From Escherichia phage FL31: a stretch of 64,000 bases of DNA. Numbering within the stretch: position 1 is the first letter of the stretch; each line of letters opens with the position of its first letter. Below, piece after piece: positions 8,422 to 16,756 of this stretch. The stretch lies in the sequence record PP400782; one strand, written 5' to 3'. The translations under genes were made by a program, and so were the position numbers. The notes under the pieces were generated by a model. That model worked only from the letters and a program-made list of their open reading frames with translations, had not been told where the DNA came from and made no database searches.

Positions 8422-8649
8422 TTATTTTTTAATCAAATTGACATAAAACTTGGCGTCTTCGGGGTGCATGCCTTCGCAGTATTCTTCAACCATGAACTTC
8501 TTAATAGCTTCATAAGGACCACTCAGATTAAGCTCAGTTGTCCAGAACTTGGAATCTTGGGCTGAATCGATACGAACTTCAGGGTGACGGTTGCGAATAA
8601 CTTCTTCGGTGTATTCATAATCAACGACATCAATACTAACTGTAGCCAT
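8422..8649 (-). CDS. Hypothetical protein (75 aa)
   Basis: ATG 8647-8649; GAGGAAAA RBS; early promoter TTTACA-N17-TATAGT at 8680-8708. Confidence 0.5.
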   Translation of the reverse strand: MATVSIDVVDYEYTEEVIRNRHPEVRIDSAQDSKFWTTELNLSGPYEAIKKFMVEEYCEGMHPEDAKFYVNLIKK

Positions 8650-8697
8650 TTTGTTTTCCTCTTGATTTGATAGGAGACTACTATAACATAAACTTAC

Positions 8698-8862
8698 TTA
8701 GATGTAAATTATTTCAACGTCACCTTTAGCTGCTTTATAACCTTCAGCCCAAGATACAACAGAGTTTTTATCTGAGGATTCAAATTCAGGCATTGGACTT
8801 TCACCAATATTCACACAGTATGTTTCTTCATTTTCATCGAACCAAATAATTAAAGTAGTCAT
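8698..8862 (-). CDS. Small ORF (54 aa) below ORF-track cutoff, driven by the duplicated 47-bp cassette
   Basis: ATG 8860-8862; MTTLIIWFDENEETYCVNIGESPMPEF...; promoter, GAGGAG RBS and first codons identical to 45012-45058. Confidence 0.4.
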   Translation of the reverse strand: MTTLIIWFDENEETYCVNIGESPMPEFESSDKNSVVSWAEGYKAAKGDVEIIYI

Positions 8863-8902
8863 TTTGTTTACTCCTCTGTAGTTGATAAGTCTATAGTATC
8901 AC
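8856..8902 (-). repeat. 47-bp exact direct repeat, copy A (early promoter -10, 5'UTR, RBS, ATG and first codons)
   Basis: TAGTCATTTTGTTTACTCCTCTGTAGTTGATAAGTCTATAGTATCAC read on the plus strand; identical at 45012-45058. Confidence 0.85.
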
Positions 8903-8930
8903 CATCCTTGGTGCTTGTACATCATTATTT

Positions 8931-9236
8931 TTAATTTTTCCAACTTAACAACTTGTAGTGTCCTTCATTCATACGTGGTTTATCCCAAGAAATACTAATA
9001 TATGATTCGCTGTCAATAGAAGTCGCCGGGTTTTTCTCTACCGTAAGACCTTCACTTTCCAGCCATTCAATAGTATTTGCGCATAAATCAGAAGAACACC
9101 TAATCGGAAACCGGCAAGATTTTTCACCTTTAGCTGCAGTGTTATACATCTTTTCTAAAATACGCTTTTGCACGTTTTTAAAAATAGTTTCAGCAGATTC
9201 TTCAGATTTTTTATTCAGTTCAGTGTAAAGACTCAT
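8931..9236 (-). CDS. Hypothetical protein (101 aa)
   Basis: ATG 9234-9236; GAGGAG RBS; early promoter GTTTAC-N17-TACTAT at 9265-9293. Confidence 0.5.
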   Translation of the reverse strand: MSLYTELNKKSEESAETIFKNVQKRILEKMYNTAAKGEKSCRFPIRCSSDLCANTIEWLESEGLTVEKNPATSIDSESYISISWDKPRMNEGHYKLLSWKN

Positions 9237-9323
9237 AATATTCTCCTCATGTTTTGATAGGTCTATAGTAACACATCTAGGGAAGAAGTAAACAACTTTT
9301 TCAGTAAGTTATAGACCCCCTAA

Positions 9324-9339
9324 AGGGGACCGAAGTCCC
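9324..9339 (-). terminator. UUCG-tetraloop hairpin after CTS gene 9346-9972
   Basis: Minus strand GGGGAC-TTCG-GTCCCC immediately after the stop. Confidence 0.45.
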
Positions 9340-9345
9340 CATTCT

Positions 9346-9972
9346 TTACTTACGAGTTTTTGCATACTGAGCAGCGTCAGCAGCCAAACGACCTGCCTGA
9401 CGAAGTTTTTCTTTAATCGCATCGTGAAGTGGTTGAGTGTACTTCAAACCTTCGATAGTCAAATAAAGACGATAAAGGTCCGGGGTATCAAGGTTGTTGA
9501 TATGTTGGCCATTACGAAGAATATTGAATTCACGAACGAGTGAAGATGTATCGGATTCAATATCACGAACAAGCGAAGATAGTTGTTTATATTTTTTTTC
9601 CAGACTAGAAGTATCAAACTTAAGAGCAGGAGCTTTAGGAGTTGCTTTTACTTCAGGCTTAGGCTCAGGTTTTGCTATTGCTTTAGGGGTCGCAGGTTTA
9701 GGAATGGAAGGAGTAGGTTTTACTTTAGGCGAACCCGATTTAGCAGAAACACCACCACTAACAATATCTTTGAATGCTTTAGAAGCTCTGTAATATTCTT
9801 TTTGGCTGGAAGTGTCGATACCGTACATGGCTTGAACGTTTTTGAAAAACTCTGTACTAGTTTTTGTACCAGAAATAGCATCGTAAGCAGCTTGCCATTT
9901 CTCTTTTGTCATACGTACACCGGCTTCGGTGATTACTTCCGTTTCGGCTAAAAATTCATTAAAAGTATACAT
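9346..9972 (-). CDS. CTS-bearing capsid-packaged protein candidate (208 aa) with Pro/Lys-rich linker
   Basis: Trimmed to ATG 9970-9972 (MYTFNEFLAE...); RBS TAAGGA; minus-strand TATAAATA at 10008-10015; linker PKVKPTPSIPKPATPKAIAKPEPKPEVKATPKAP. Confidence 0.6.
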   Translation of the reverse strand: MYTFNEFLAETEVITEAGVRMTKEKWQAAYDAISGTKTSTEFFKNVQAMYGIDTSSQKEYYRASKAFKDIVSGGVSAKSGSPKVKPTPSIPKPATPKAIAKPEPKPEVKATPKAPALKFDTSSLEKKYKQLSSLVRDIESDTSSLVREFNILRNGQHINNLDTPDLYRLYLTIEGLKYTQPLHDAIKEKLRQAGRLAADAAQYAKTRK

Positions 9973-10007
9973 CAATGGTCCTTAGAAAGTAGGTTTATTG
10001 TTTACTA

Positions 10008-10015
10008 TATTTATA
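10008..10015 (-). promoter_or_regulatory. Late promoter TATAAATA upstream of CTS protein 9346-9972
   Basis: Minus strand reads TGTATAAATATAG about 36 nt before the ATG, directly after hairpin plus T-run. Confidence 0.5.
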
Positions 10016-10021
10016 CAAAAA

Positions 10022-10045
10022 AGCCCCAACCTTTCGGAAGGGGCT
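10022..10045 (-). terminator. Hairpin plus T-run terminator ending the tRNA/structured-RNA transcript
   Basis: Minus strand AGCCCC..GGGGCT followed by TTTTTTG. Confidence 0.55.
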
Positions 10046-10345
10046 ATATACCTTGTCGGGGTTCCACCTGCTAAGGCAAGTGTTTGTACGAAACGCCGGG
10101 ATTCGAACCCGGTTATTAAGTAGTTGACGCTACTCAATATTTTTAAAAGGCCATATCTCGACCATATCCGAACGTTCCGTCAAAAACGCTACTCGGCTTA
10201 CGGCAAAGATATTTCCTCGAATCGATAATTCGGTGCGCCGTTTCTGCTGTGATATAAGGGGGCATTAACAAAACATAAAGATTTATTAATGCCAGTCCTT
10301 ACTCAGGGAACATCAGTCCGACGACTTACCGGTAGCGACCCGGCT
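10046..10345 (-). ncRNA. Possible stable structured RNA(s), tRNA-like T-arm element
   Basis: No ORF; minus strand contains CCGGGTTCGAATCCCGG (perfect T-arm) but no cloverleaf could be built; position matches where T4 encodes small stable RNAs (recall). Confidence 0.25.
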
Positions 10346-10347
10346 TC

Positions 10348-10692
10348 TTATTTTGGCATATCATCAATTTGCTCTCGACGCCGACGCCATAGATTAATCG
10401 CTTCATAAACACATTCTGCGTTTGGTATATGACGGCAATAATATAATGATTCGCGTTTCTGGAATCGATGTTGCAATGGGATTTCGTTTAAAAGGTCTTT
10501 ACGGTCAAAGTATTCAAAACTAGTTAACCCGGAACGGTTTTTAATGAACTTCCAATGACCAAATTCATTTTGAACATAGATGTAATCTGCATGTTGGTAT
10601 AACAAATTAATCAATCGGTCTGAAATAACTGTATCATGTTCGTTAAAATAAAACGTTAAATCATGAACTACTAAGTAAACATTACCTTTCAT
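10348..10692 (-). CDS. Hypothetical protein (114 aa) within the tRNA region
   Basis: Trimmed to ATG 10690-10692 with RBS GAGGAAA; track TTG start would overlap tRNA-Arg. Confidence 0.5.
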   Translation of the reverse strand: MKGNVYLVVHDLTFYFNEHDTVISDRLINLLYQHADYIYVQNEFGHWKFIKNRSGLTSFEYFDRKDLLNEIPLQHRFQKRESLYYCRHIPNAECVYEAINLWRRRREQIDDMPK

Positions 10693-10710
10693 ATTTTCCT
10701 CACTTAAAAT

Positions 10711-10787
<77 letters not shown>

Positions 10788-10887
10788 ATGATGCGGCTTT
10801 GGGTGTTTCAGTGTTACTCGTTTGTAGGTTCTACTTTTAACCCTTATTCGAACAACTTACCTACCTAAGAGCGTACTCACCGCGAAT

Positions 10888-10962
10888 TGGTGGCCCTGGC
10901 TGGTTTCGATCCAGCTACCTATCAGTTATGAGCTGACAGCTCTCCCATTGAGCTACAGGGCC
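10888..10962 (-). tRNA. tRNA with CAU anticodon (Met, or Ile if lysidine-modified as in T4)
   Basis: Minus strand: acceptor GGCCCTG/CAGGGCC, D-arm GCTC-AATGGGA-GAGC, anticodon arm GTCAG-CTCATAA-CTGAT, T-arm GCTGG-ATCGAAA-CCAGC, encoded ACCA. Confidence 0.8.
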
Positions 10963-11058
10963 TAAATAACTTTCTATTATGAAAGGCACTTGAGGGAGCA
11001 CCTTTGGTAATAGAGGGTAGATTAATAATAACACATAATTCTTAAAGCAAATTACGTT

Positions 11059-11349
11059 TTACCGTACCATATTAATGTAGTTATATTCAATGCAACGTAA
11101 TTTCAAAGGGTTCTTGAAAATATCATATTCAAGAGGGCCTTTTTCTGTTTCAATAAAGAAATCAAAGTTAACTGTGTTAAATTTAACGTCTTCACAGAGT
11201 AATTTAACTTGTGAAGATGAACGGTCGATATAAACCTTTTCAACCTCAAAGATAGTCAGAATACCGTAGTCATTAACCAGTGCTTTAGCTGCACGTTGGT
11301 CGCTTTCATATCCGTTCTCAATGGACGATACTTTAGCATAAAGAATCAT
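11059..11349 (-). CDS. Hypothetical protein (96 aa)
   Basis: ATG 11347-11349 overlapping upstream stop (ATGA). Confidence 0.5.
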   Translation of the reverse strand: MILYAKVSSIENGYESDQRAAKALVNDYGILTIFEVEKVYIDRSSSQVKLLCEDVKFNTVNFDFFIETEKGPLEYDIFKNPLKLRCIEYNYINMVR

Positions 11350-11708
11350 GAATGTTCCACCATTTCAAAGGTATGAGCATCAACAATATGATACCAGTCA
11401 AAATTTTCTTCCGCGTTTTTATAAATTTCGCGAAGAGCTTCAACAGTTTTTCCTGTAGCAACAAGATCGTCAATACCACCAAGAGGATAACAGTAATAAC
11501 CAGCAAACAGAAGGAAATTAATAGTTTCTGTAGGTTCTGGATGCAGAACTCCGTTATCGTCTACCACTTCAAAGAAAGTGTAAGAAGGAGTACAAGTTTT
11601 AATCCAAGCCCATGCTTGAGCTGCCGAATCAAATGGTTTGCGTATCAAACGACAATCAGGGTCTTTAGAAGGATTTGCTTCAAAATCTGCATATACATGA
11701 TATTTCAT
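11346..11708 (-). CDS. Hypothetical protein (120 aa)
   Basis: ATG 11706-11708; no recognisable motif. Confidence 0.5.
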   Translation of the reverse strand: MKYHVYADFEANPSKDPDCRLIRKPFDSAAQAWAWIKTCTPSYTFFEVVDDNGVLHPEPTETINFLLFAGYYCYPLGGIDDLVATGKTVEALREIYKNAEENFDWYHIVDAHTFEMVEHS

Positions 11709-11894
11709 TTACTCACCTTTTGCAATTTTATCCATAACAATAGCGATTAAACCGATTAGAAATGCTACTACCAATGAGATAGAATTTTCTGTTGTTGTCA
11801 GTAGTCCACAAATGAATCCTACAAACATCGAAAAACTAAAAGCCATTGAAGCAATTACTACAGCAACATTACGAATCAGTTCAGCGCGTTTCAT
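11709..11894 (-). CDS. Hypothetical small membrane protein (61 aa)
   Basis: Trimmed to ATG 11892-11894 (MKRAELIRNV...) with RBS GGAGA; early promoter at 11932-11960. Confidence 0.45.
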   Translation of the reverse strand: MKRAELIRNVAVVIASMAFSFSMFVGFICGLLTTTENSISLVVAFLIGLIAIVMDKIAKGE

Positions 11895-12057
11895 TTTATT
11901 TCTCCATTTACTCATTTGTTTTGATAGGACTACTATAACATATCCCTATAGGCTTGTATACCTTTATTTCAAATATATTGCGTATTTTTTATAGCCACCA
12001 GGCTCGTGTCGAAGACCTTTATCATTCGCAAAACGTTGAATGTTATTGAACTGGTTT

Positions 12058-12228
12058 TCATCAAGTTCGGATGTGTTAAATATAAAAAAAGTTTCGTTTG
12101 TTACCAAGCGTGATATGCGGAGTTAAGTCAATGTTATACAAATTAAGAATATCAGCAATAACCTGATTAACCGCTTTGTTAATTTTCACGCCAGACGATT
12201 CTGAGATGAATTCGTTGAAAGTTTTCAT
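12058..12228 (-). CDS. Small CTS-bearing ORF (56 aa) below ORF-track cutoff
   Basis: ATG 12226-12228; MKTFNEFISESSGVKINKAV...; early promoter TTTACA-N17-TATAGT at 12261-12289. Confidence 0.4.
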
Positions 12229-12252
12229 TTTAGGTTCCATTTGGTTGTTTTG

Positions 12253-12289
12253 ATAGGACTACTATAACATAGTCCTATCATGTTGTAAA
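12253..12289 (-). promoter_or_regulatory. Early promoter with perfect 8-bp stem-loop (ATAGGACT/AGTCCTAT)
   Basis: TTTACA-N17-TATAGT; arms at 12253-12260 and 12271-12278. Confidence 0.55.
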
Positions 12290-12601
12290 TTATTTTATGC
12301 CTTTAGAAGAAATGGTATTTTGGCGTTTGGCCCCTGTTTGTGAAAAATCGTGGTTATCGATTTGGTCAACTCTCATAACACCAAATGCGGATTTAATTTT
12401 GGCTTTTGAACCTTTTTTGATACTAATTATCATATAAGTATCATTTTTCTTATATTCGAAATTTGTTACTTCAACGCCTTGATTAGAAATTGACTTAATA
12501 ATAGCATTAGCGTATTCATCATCTAATGGACCGGTAGTGTTAATAATAAAATTTTTATCTGGTTTAGTAGCTTCAGCGATAAACTCTTGATAAGTTTTCA
12601 T
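12290..12601 (-). CDS. CTS-bearing internal protein at the ipI locus (103 aa)
   Basis: Trimmed to ATG 12599-12601 (MKTYQEFIAEATKPD...), exact T4 IP leader; sits where T4 encodes ipI. Confidence 0.6.
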   Translation of the reverse strand: MKTYQEFIAEATKPDKNFIINTTGPLDDEYANAIIKSISNQGVEVTNFEYKKNDTYMIISIKKGSKAKIKSAFGVMRVDQIDNHDFSQTGAKRQNTISSKGIK

Positions 12602-12630
12602 TTGTTTTTCCGTTTGGTTTGTGATTTGAT

Positions 12631-12666
12631 AGGATGATAGTAACACACCATCATCCTTATGTAAAC
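12631..12666 (-). promoter_or_regulatory. Early promoter with 8-bp stem-loop (AGGATGAT/ATCATCCT) for the ipI-locus CTS gene
   Basis: GTTTACA-N18-TACTAT; arms 12631-12638 and 12650-12657. Confidence 0.5.
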
Positions 12667-12679
12667 TGTTTTGTGAAAA

Positions 12680-13365
<686 letters not shown>

Positions 13366-13369
13366 TTTA

Positions 13370-14104
13370 TTACCTTAAGATTTTTTCAATTTTAGAATAA
13401 AGCTCTTCTAACGAGCCGTCGTTTGTAATAACTAAGTCGCCTTCTTCAATAGGCAACCCAGCTTCTGTAATATGTTTATCAGTGGATTCCGTACCAGAGC
13501 GAACCACATGAATAACTGTAGCACCCATCGCTCTAGCGGTTTCCATTTCATGGACTTGGCGTGTATCGGTCACAACGTAGTAATCGAAATCACTTCCAAT
13601 ATAATCCATATAGTTTAATGCAAAAAGTTTAACCCAATACATACGGTCAAATAAATTAACGACAACATCCGTACCGAGGGCTTGCATAAGACGGCGGATT
13701 GACCACGTGTCGTTGATATTATTTATAGCTTCACGCAGGGCTTCGTACGGTTTAATATCTAGATATGAGTATCCACCTTCTAGTGATGATAATACGTTAA
13801 CACCATTAATTGGCAGGTATTGTCGTTGTAAATAAATTAGCGTTTCTTCCATTAATTCAATAACATCCAATTTATTGAGATTTAATGGTGTTTCACGGTC
13901 GTATCCAATGCCTTCAAAGTATTCATATTTCAACTCGGTGAATACATCAGGGTTTTCGGCATGTTTACGCTCCCAAGCTATTGCTAGAGCGTCTTTAATT
14001 GGATACGCTAATTGATATTTTATAGATTTAAAGTTTGAATTGATGTAATCAGCAGTAGTGTCTTTACCACTACGTTTGATGCCGCTTAAAAAGATTAGCT
14101 CCAT
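13370..14104 (-). CDS. 1: Deoxynucleoside monophosphate kinase gp1
   Basis: 244 aa; P-loop LSGIKRSGKDT; matches T4 gp1 along length as recalled. Confidence 0.9.
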   Translation of the reverse strand: MELIFLSGIKRSGKDTTADYINSNFKSIKYQLAYPIKDALAIAWERKHAENPDVFTELKYEYFEGIGYDRETPLNLNKLDVIELMEETLIYLQRQYLPINGVNVLSSLEGGYSYLDIKPYEALREAINNINDTWSIRRLMQALGTDVVVNLFDRMYWVKLFALNYMDYIGSDFDYYVVTDTRQVHEMETARAMGATVIHVVRSGTESTDKHITEAGLPIEEGDLVITNDGSLEELYSKIEKILR

Positions 14105-14158
14105 AGGTTTTTCCTCATATAATTTATGAACGATTATAACATATGGAGCTAGAAGCGA

Positions 14159-14743
14159 TTAGCGCAAGGAAGGGTGTCTAGAAATGGATTTAGATTCGGC
14201 AGCCTGACGTGGTTGTTGAGATACAATGACTTCGCCATCCTTTTCTATCGTCATATACGCGTAATGAATAGTTGCTACGCAAGTAACGGCAGGGTCAGAG
14301 TCTTCGGTGTAACTAAATTCAATTTCACTCAAATCAGAAATCCATGGTTTATAGAAATTCGCCGTCAAAACTACTTCAGTCTTATTGTTGTTTAAAATGT
14401 GCAAAGTAACAAACTCAGGACCATCGGAGTGTGCCGTATTATGTCCGGTTATATAGTTATTAGTGCTGAGCATCCATTTATACATGTTCATCCAGGACGT
14501 CATGTCTTCATCAACTATAAATCGTACAACAAAAGGGTCATATTCAAATGTGGTGCCTGCACGCATTGCACGTCCTAACCCCATTGTGCCTGTCACAGTT
14601 TCAACAACAGGAATTCTCACACCTGGCAATGGAGCCGTTTGGGCATTGAGCACAAAACCTGAAGTTCGTGTACTATCCGGGATATCCACAACAAAGTTTG
14701 TTATATTTGTTTGGTTAAAAATCTGTCTCGCTGGACGAGTCAT
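14159..14743 (-). CDS. 3: Tail completion and sheath stabiliser protein gp3
   Basis: Trimmed to ATG 14741-14743; NQTNITNF...APLPGVRIPV matches T4 gp3 as recalled; track start is GTG. Confidence 0.8.
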   Translation of the reverse strand: MTRPARQIFNQTNITNFVVDIPDSTRTSGFVLNAQTAPLPGVRIPVVETVTGTMGLGRAMRAGTTFEYDPFVVRFIVDEDMTSWMNMYKWMLSTNNYITGHNTAHSDGPEFVTLHILNNNKTEVVLTANFYKPWISDLSEIEFSYTEDSDPAVTCVATIHYAYMTIEKDGEVIVSQQPRQAAESKSISRHPSLR

Positions 14744-14845
14744 AAGCACCTCAAAAACGCTTTAATAAAAATGCAGTATAATGGTTTTAGGTCTCTTCCA
14801 TTAATCCGGTTTAACAGAATATCAGACGAACGGAAGAGAATAGAA

Positions 14846-15667
14846 TTAAGATTTCCAAACAGTATTTGCAGAGAAACGTTTTCCTTTTGACATAAACTGC
14901 TGAGTAGGTAACATGATTATGTTAGCCCAGTCTTTAGGAGCTATTTCTGTTATTGTTCCTCTAATGTGGCCTGGCAGGTATGCTTTAATCATTTTGTCAG
15001 CACCTTGAAATCCTTTCACCTTGCTCCAGTCTATCTTCAACTTTGTGTTATTAGTAATAGTAGTTGTGCTAGCATATTGCTTCAGCAATTCTTCAAGAAA
15101 CTGTTGACGTGCTTTAGGTGGGATATAGTGCAAGTTTAACCCATACATCAAATTATGTTTACCTAATCCTAAATAAATAATCAAAGGATATCTGTCCCAA
15201 TACGGTAGAGTATCTTTATGTTTAGCATCATACACGTAAGTATAAATTTTGCCTGGCGTAGGCTTGACTACTTTATGACCTTTTACACTTTTCTTAATTG
15301 TTTCAACAAACCACTTGGATGATTTGTTGTTTACTGCTGCGCCTTCATTTCTAATCTTTTCTCGTATTGAACTGCGAAACGAGTTTATCATCAGAAGTTG
15401 ACGTTCTTGCTTATTGAGTTTATTTTTAGGTTTAGATTCAAGCGTTTCAATTTTCTGTGCAGTCTTAATAGATGATGCATATCTAGACATTGCAGATGTA
15501 AACGACGAGTATTTTATTCCTTTTGATTCTGCAAATGCTTTTGCAGTGATTCCTTTCTCTTTAGCTTTCTTGTATTCTAATCCTATCTCAATCCATTTTC
15601 TTTCATTCATAGACTGAGCAATCTTAGGGGCTTGTACGCCTTCAGATATAATTTGGAATATGCTCAT
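14846..15667 (-). CDS. 2: DNA end protector protein gp2
   Basis: 273 aa; ATG 15665-15667; synteny 4-2-3-1-57 as in T4. Confidence 0.85.
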   Translation of the reverse strand: MSIFQIISEGVQAPKIAQSMNERKWIEIGLEYKKAKEKGITAKAFAESKGIKYSSFTSAMSRYASSIKTAQKIETLESKPKNKLNKQERQLLMINSFRSSIREKIRNEGAAVNNKSSKWFVETIKKSVKGHKVVKPTPGKIYTYVYDAKHKDTLPYWDRYPLIIYLGLGKHNLMYGLNLHYIPPKARQQFLEELLKQYASTTTITNNTKLKIDWSKVKGFQGADKMIKAYLPGHIRGTITEIAPKDWANIIMLPTQQFMSKGKRFSANTVWKS

Positions 15668-15669
15668 AA

Positions 15670-16119
15670 TTACCCCTTGTATCCGAGTTTTCTAAGTCCG
15701 TCTTCGGTTAGAACTCGAAATTTTATATTTCTCTTTTCAGCAACAGCTGAGGCAGCTTTCCATTTGTCACAGTTCACAGACCACGTGTAGATTTCATTCA
15801 TATAACGTTTCTTAGCCGCAGTTGTAAGATTCACCGGTTTAATAGGCGGCTGAGTTTCTTTCTTTGGTTTTATTTCTACAAAGAACTCTTGACCTGATGC
15901 ATCTTTCATCCATATGTCCATATAGTATCGACGTTTCTTACCTTCGGCATTACAAAAATATGGAATTACTGCTGTTTCACTACCCCATGCAATAATTTCT
16001 GGATTTTTATCCAACCATTCGAAAAAGAATTTTTCCCAGTTTGAACGATACGTTATTTTGGTATGGTCTCCACGGTATTTTTTTAAATTTTTTGGGACCC
16101 ATTTACCAGAGTAGGCCAT
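15670..16119 (-). CDS. 4: Head completion protein gp4
   Basis: Trimmed to ATG 16117-16119 ([11 protein letters not shown]...), 149 aa; RBS GGAGG; minus-strand TATAAATA at 16146-16153. Confidence 0.85.
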   Translation of the reverse strand: MAYSGKWVPKNLKKYRGDHTKITYRSNWEKFFFEWLDKNPEIIAWGSETAVIPYFCNAEGKKRRYYMDIWMKDASGQEFFVEIKPKKETQPPIKPVNLTTAAKKRYMNEIYTWSVNCDKWKAASAVAEKRNIKFRVLTEDGLRKLGYKG

Positions 16120-16130
16120 GTTGTCCTCCT

Positions 16131-16138
16131 TATAAATA
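16131..16138 (+). promoter_or_regulatory. Late promoter TATAAATA for gene 53
   Basis: TATAAATA 43 nt upstream of the gp53 ATG. Confidence 0.6.
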
Positions 16139-16145
16139 GTATTAT

Positions 16146-16153
16146 TATTTATA
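16146..16153 (-). promoter_or_regulatory. Late promoter TATAAATA for gene 4 (divergent from the gene 53 promoter)
   Basis: Minus strand reads GGTATAAATAATAA; gp4 ATG follows. Confidence 0.55.
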
Positions 16154-16180
16154 CCAATTTCATATTGGAAGGAGACTATC

Positions 16181-16756
16181 TTGTTATTTACATTCTTCGA
16201 CCCAATAGGATATAGTGCTAAAACAGTTGATAAGAATGCACCTACTATTCCTATGACAGACATATTTCGTAACTATAAAGAGTACTTTAAGCGTGTTGCT
16301 GCCAATTATAGATTACGTTCTTATTATATTAAAGGCTCTCCACGTCCTGAAGAACTAGCGAATATCATTTATGGCAACCCTCAATTATACTGGGTCCTTT
16401 TGATGTGTAATGATAACTATGATCCGTATTATGGTTGGATTACATCTCAGGAAGCAGCGTATCAAGCTTCTATTCAGAAGTATGCAAATGCAGGTGGAGA
16501 CCAAATTCTTTATCATATTAACGAAAAACGCGAGAAATTTTACAACTTAGTTTCATATCCAGATGAGCCATTAGTATGGTATGATAAAGGCGACAAAGCT
16601 CGTAAGTATCCGCAATATAAAGGACCTTTAGCTGCAGTAGATACTTATGAAGCGGCAGTATTAGATAATGAAAAACTTCGTAAAATAAAAATTGTTGCAA
16701 AAGAAGATATAAACTCATTTATCACTGATTTGATTCGTGAGATGGAGATTGCATAA
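16181..16756 (+). CDS. 53: Baseplate wedge protein gp53
   Basis: 191 aa MLFTFFDPIGYSAKTVDKNAPTIPMTDIFRNYK... near-identical to T4 gp53 as recalled. Confidence 0.9.
   Translation: MLFTFFDPIGYSAKTVDKNAPTIPMTDIFRNYKEYFKRVAANYRLRSYYIKGSPRPEELANIIYGNPQLYWVLLMCNDNYDPYYGWITSQEAAYQASIQKYANAGGDQILYHINEKREKFYNLVSYPDEPLVWYDKGDKARKYPQYKGPLAAVDTYEAAVLDNEKLRKIKIVAKEDINSFITDLIREMEIA

Noticed and set aside
10046-10345. A third tRNA around the T-arm-like motif CCGGGTTCGAATCCCGG
   Set aside because: No acceptor, D or anticodon arms could be paired into a cloverleaf by hand; reported only as a low-confidence structured RNA.
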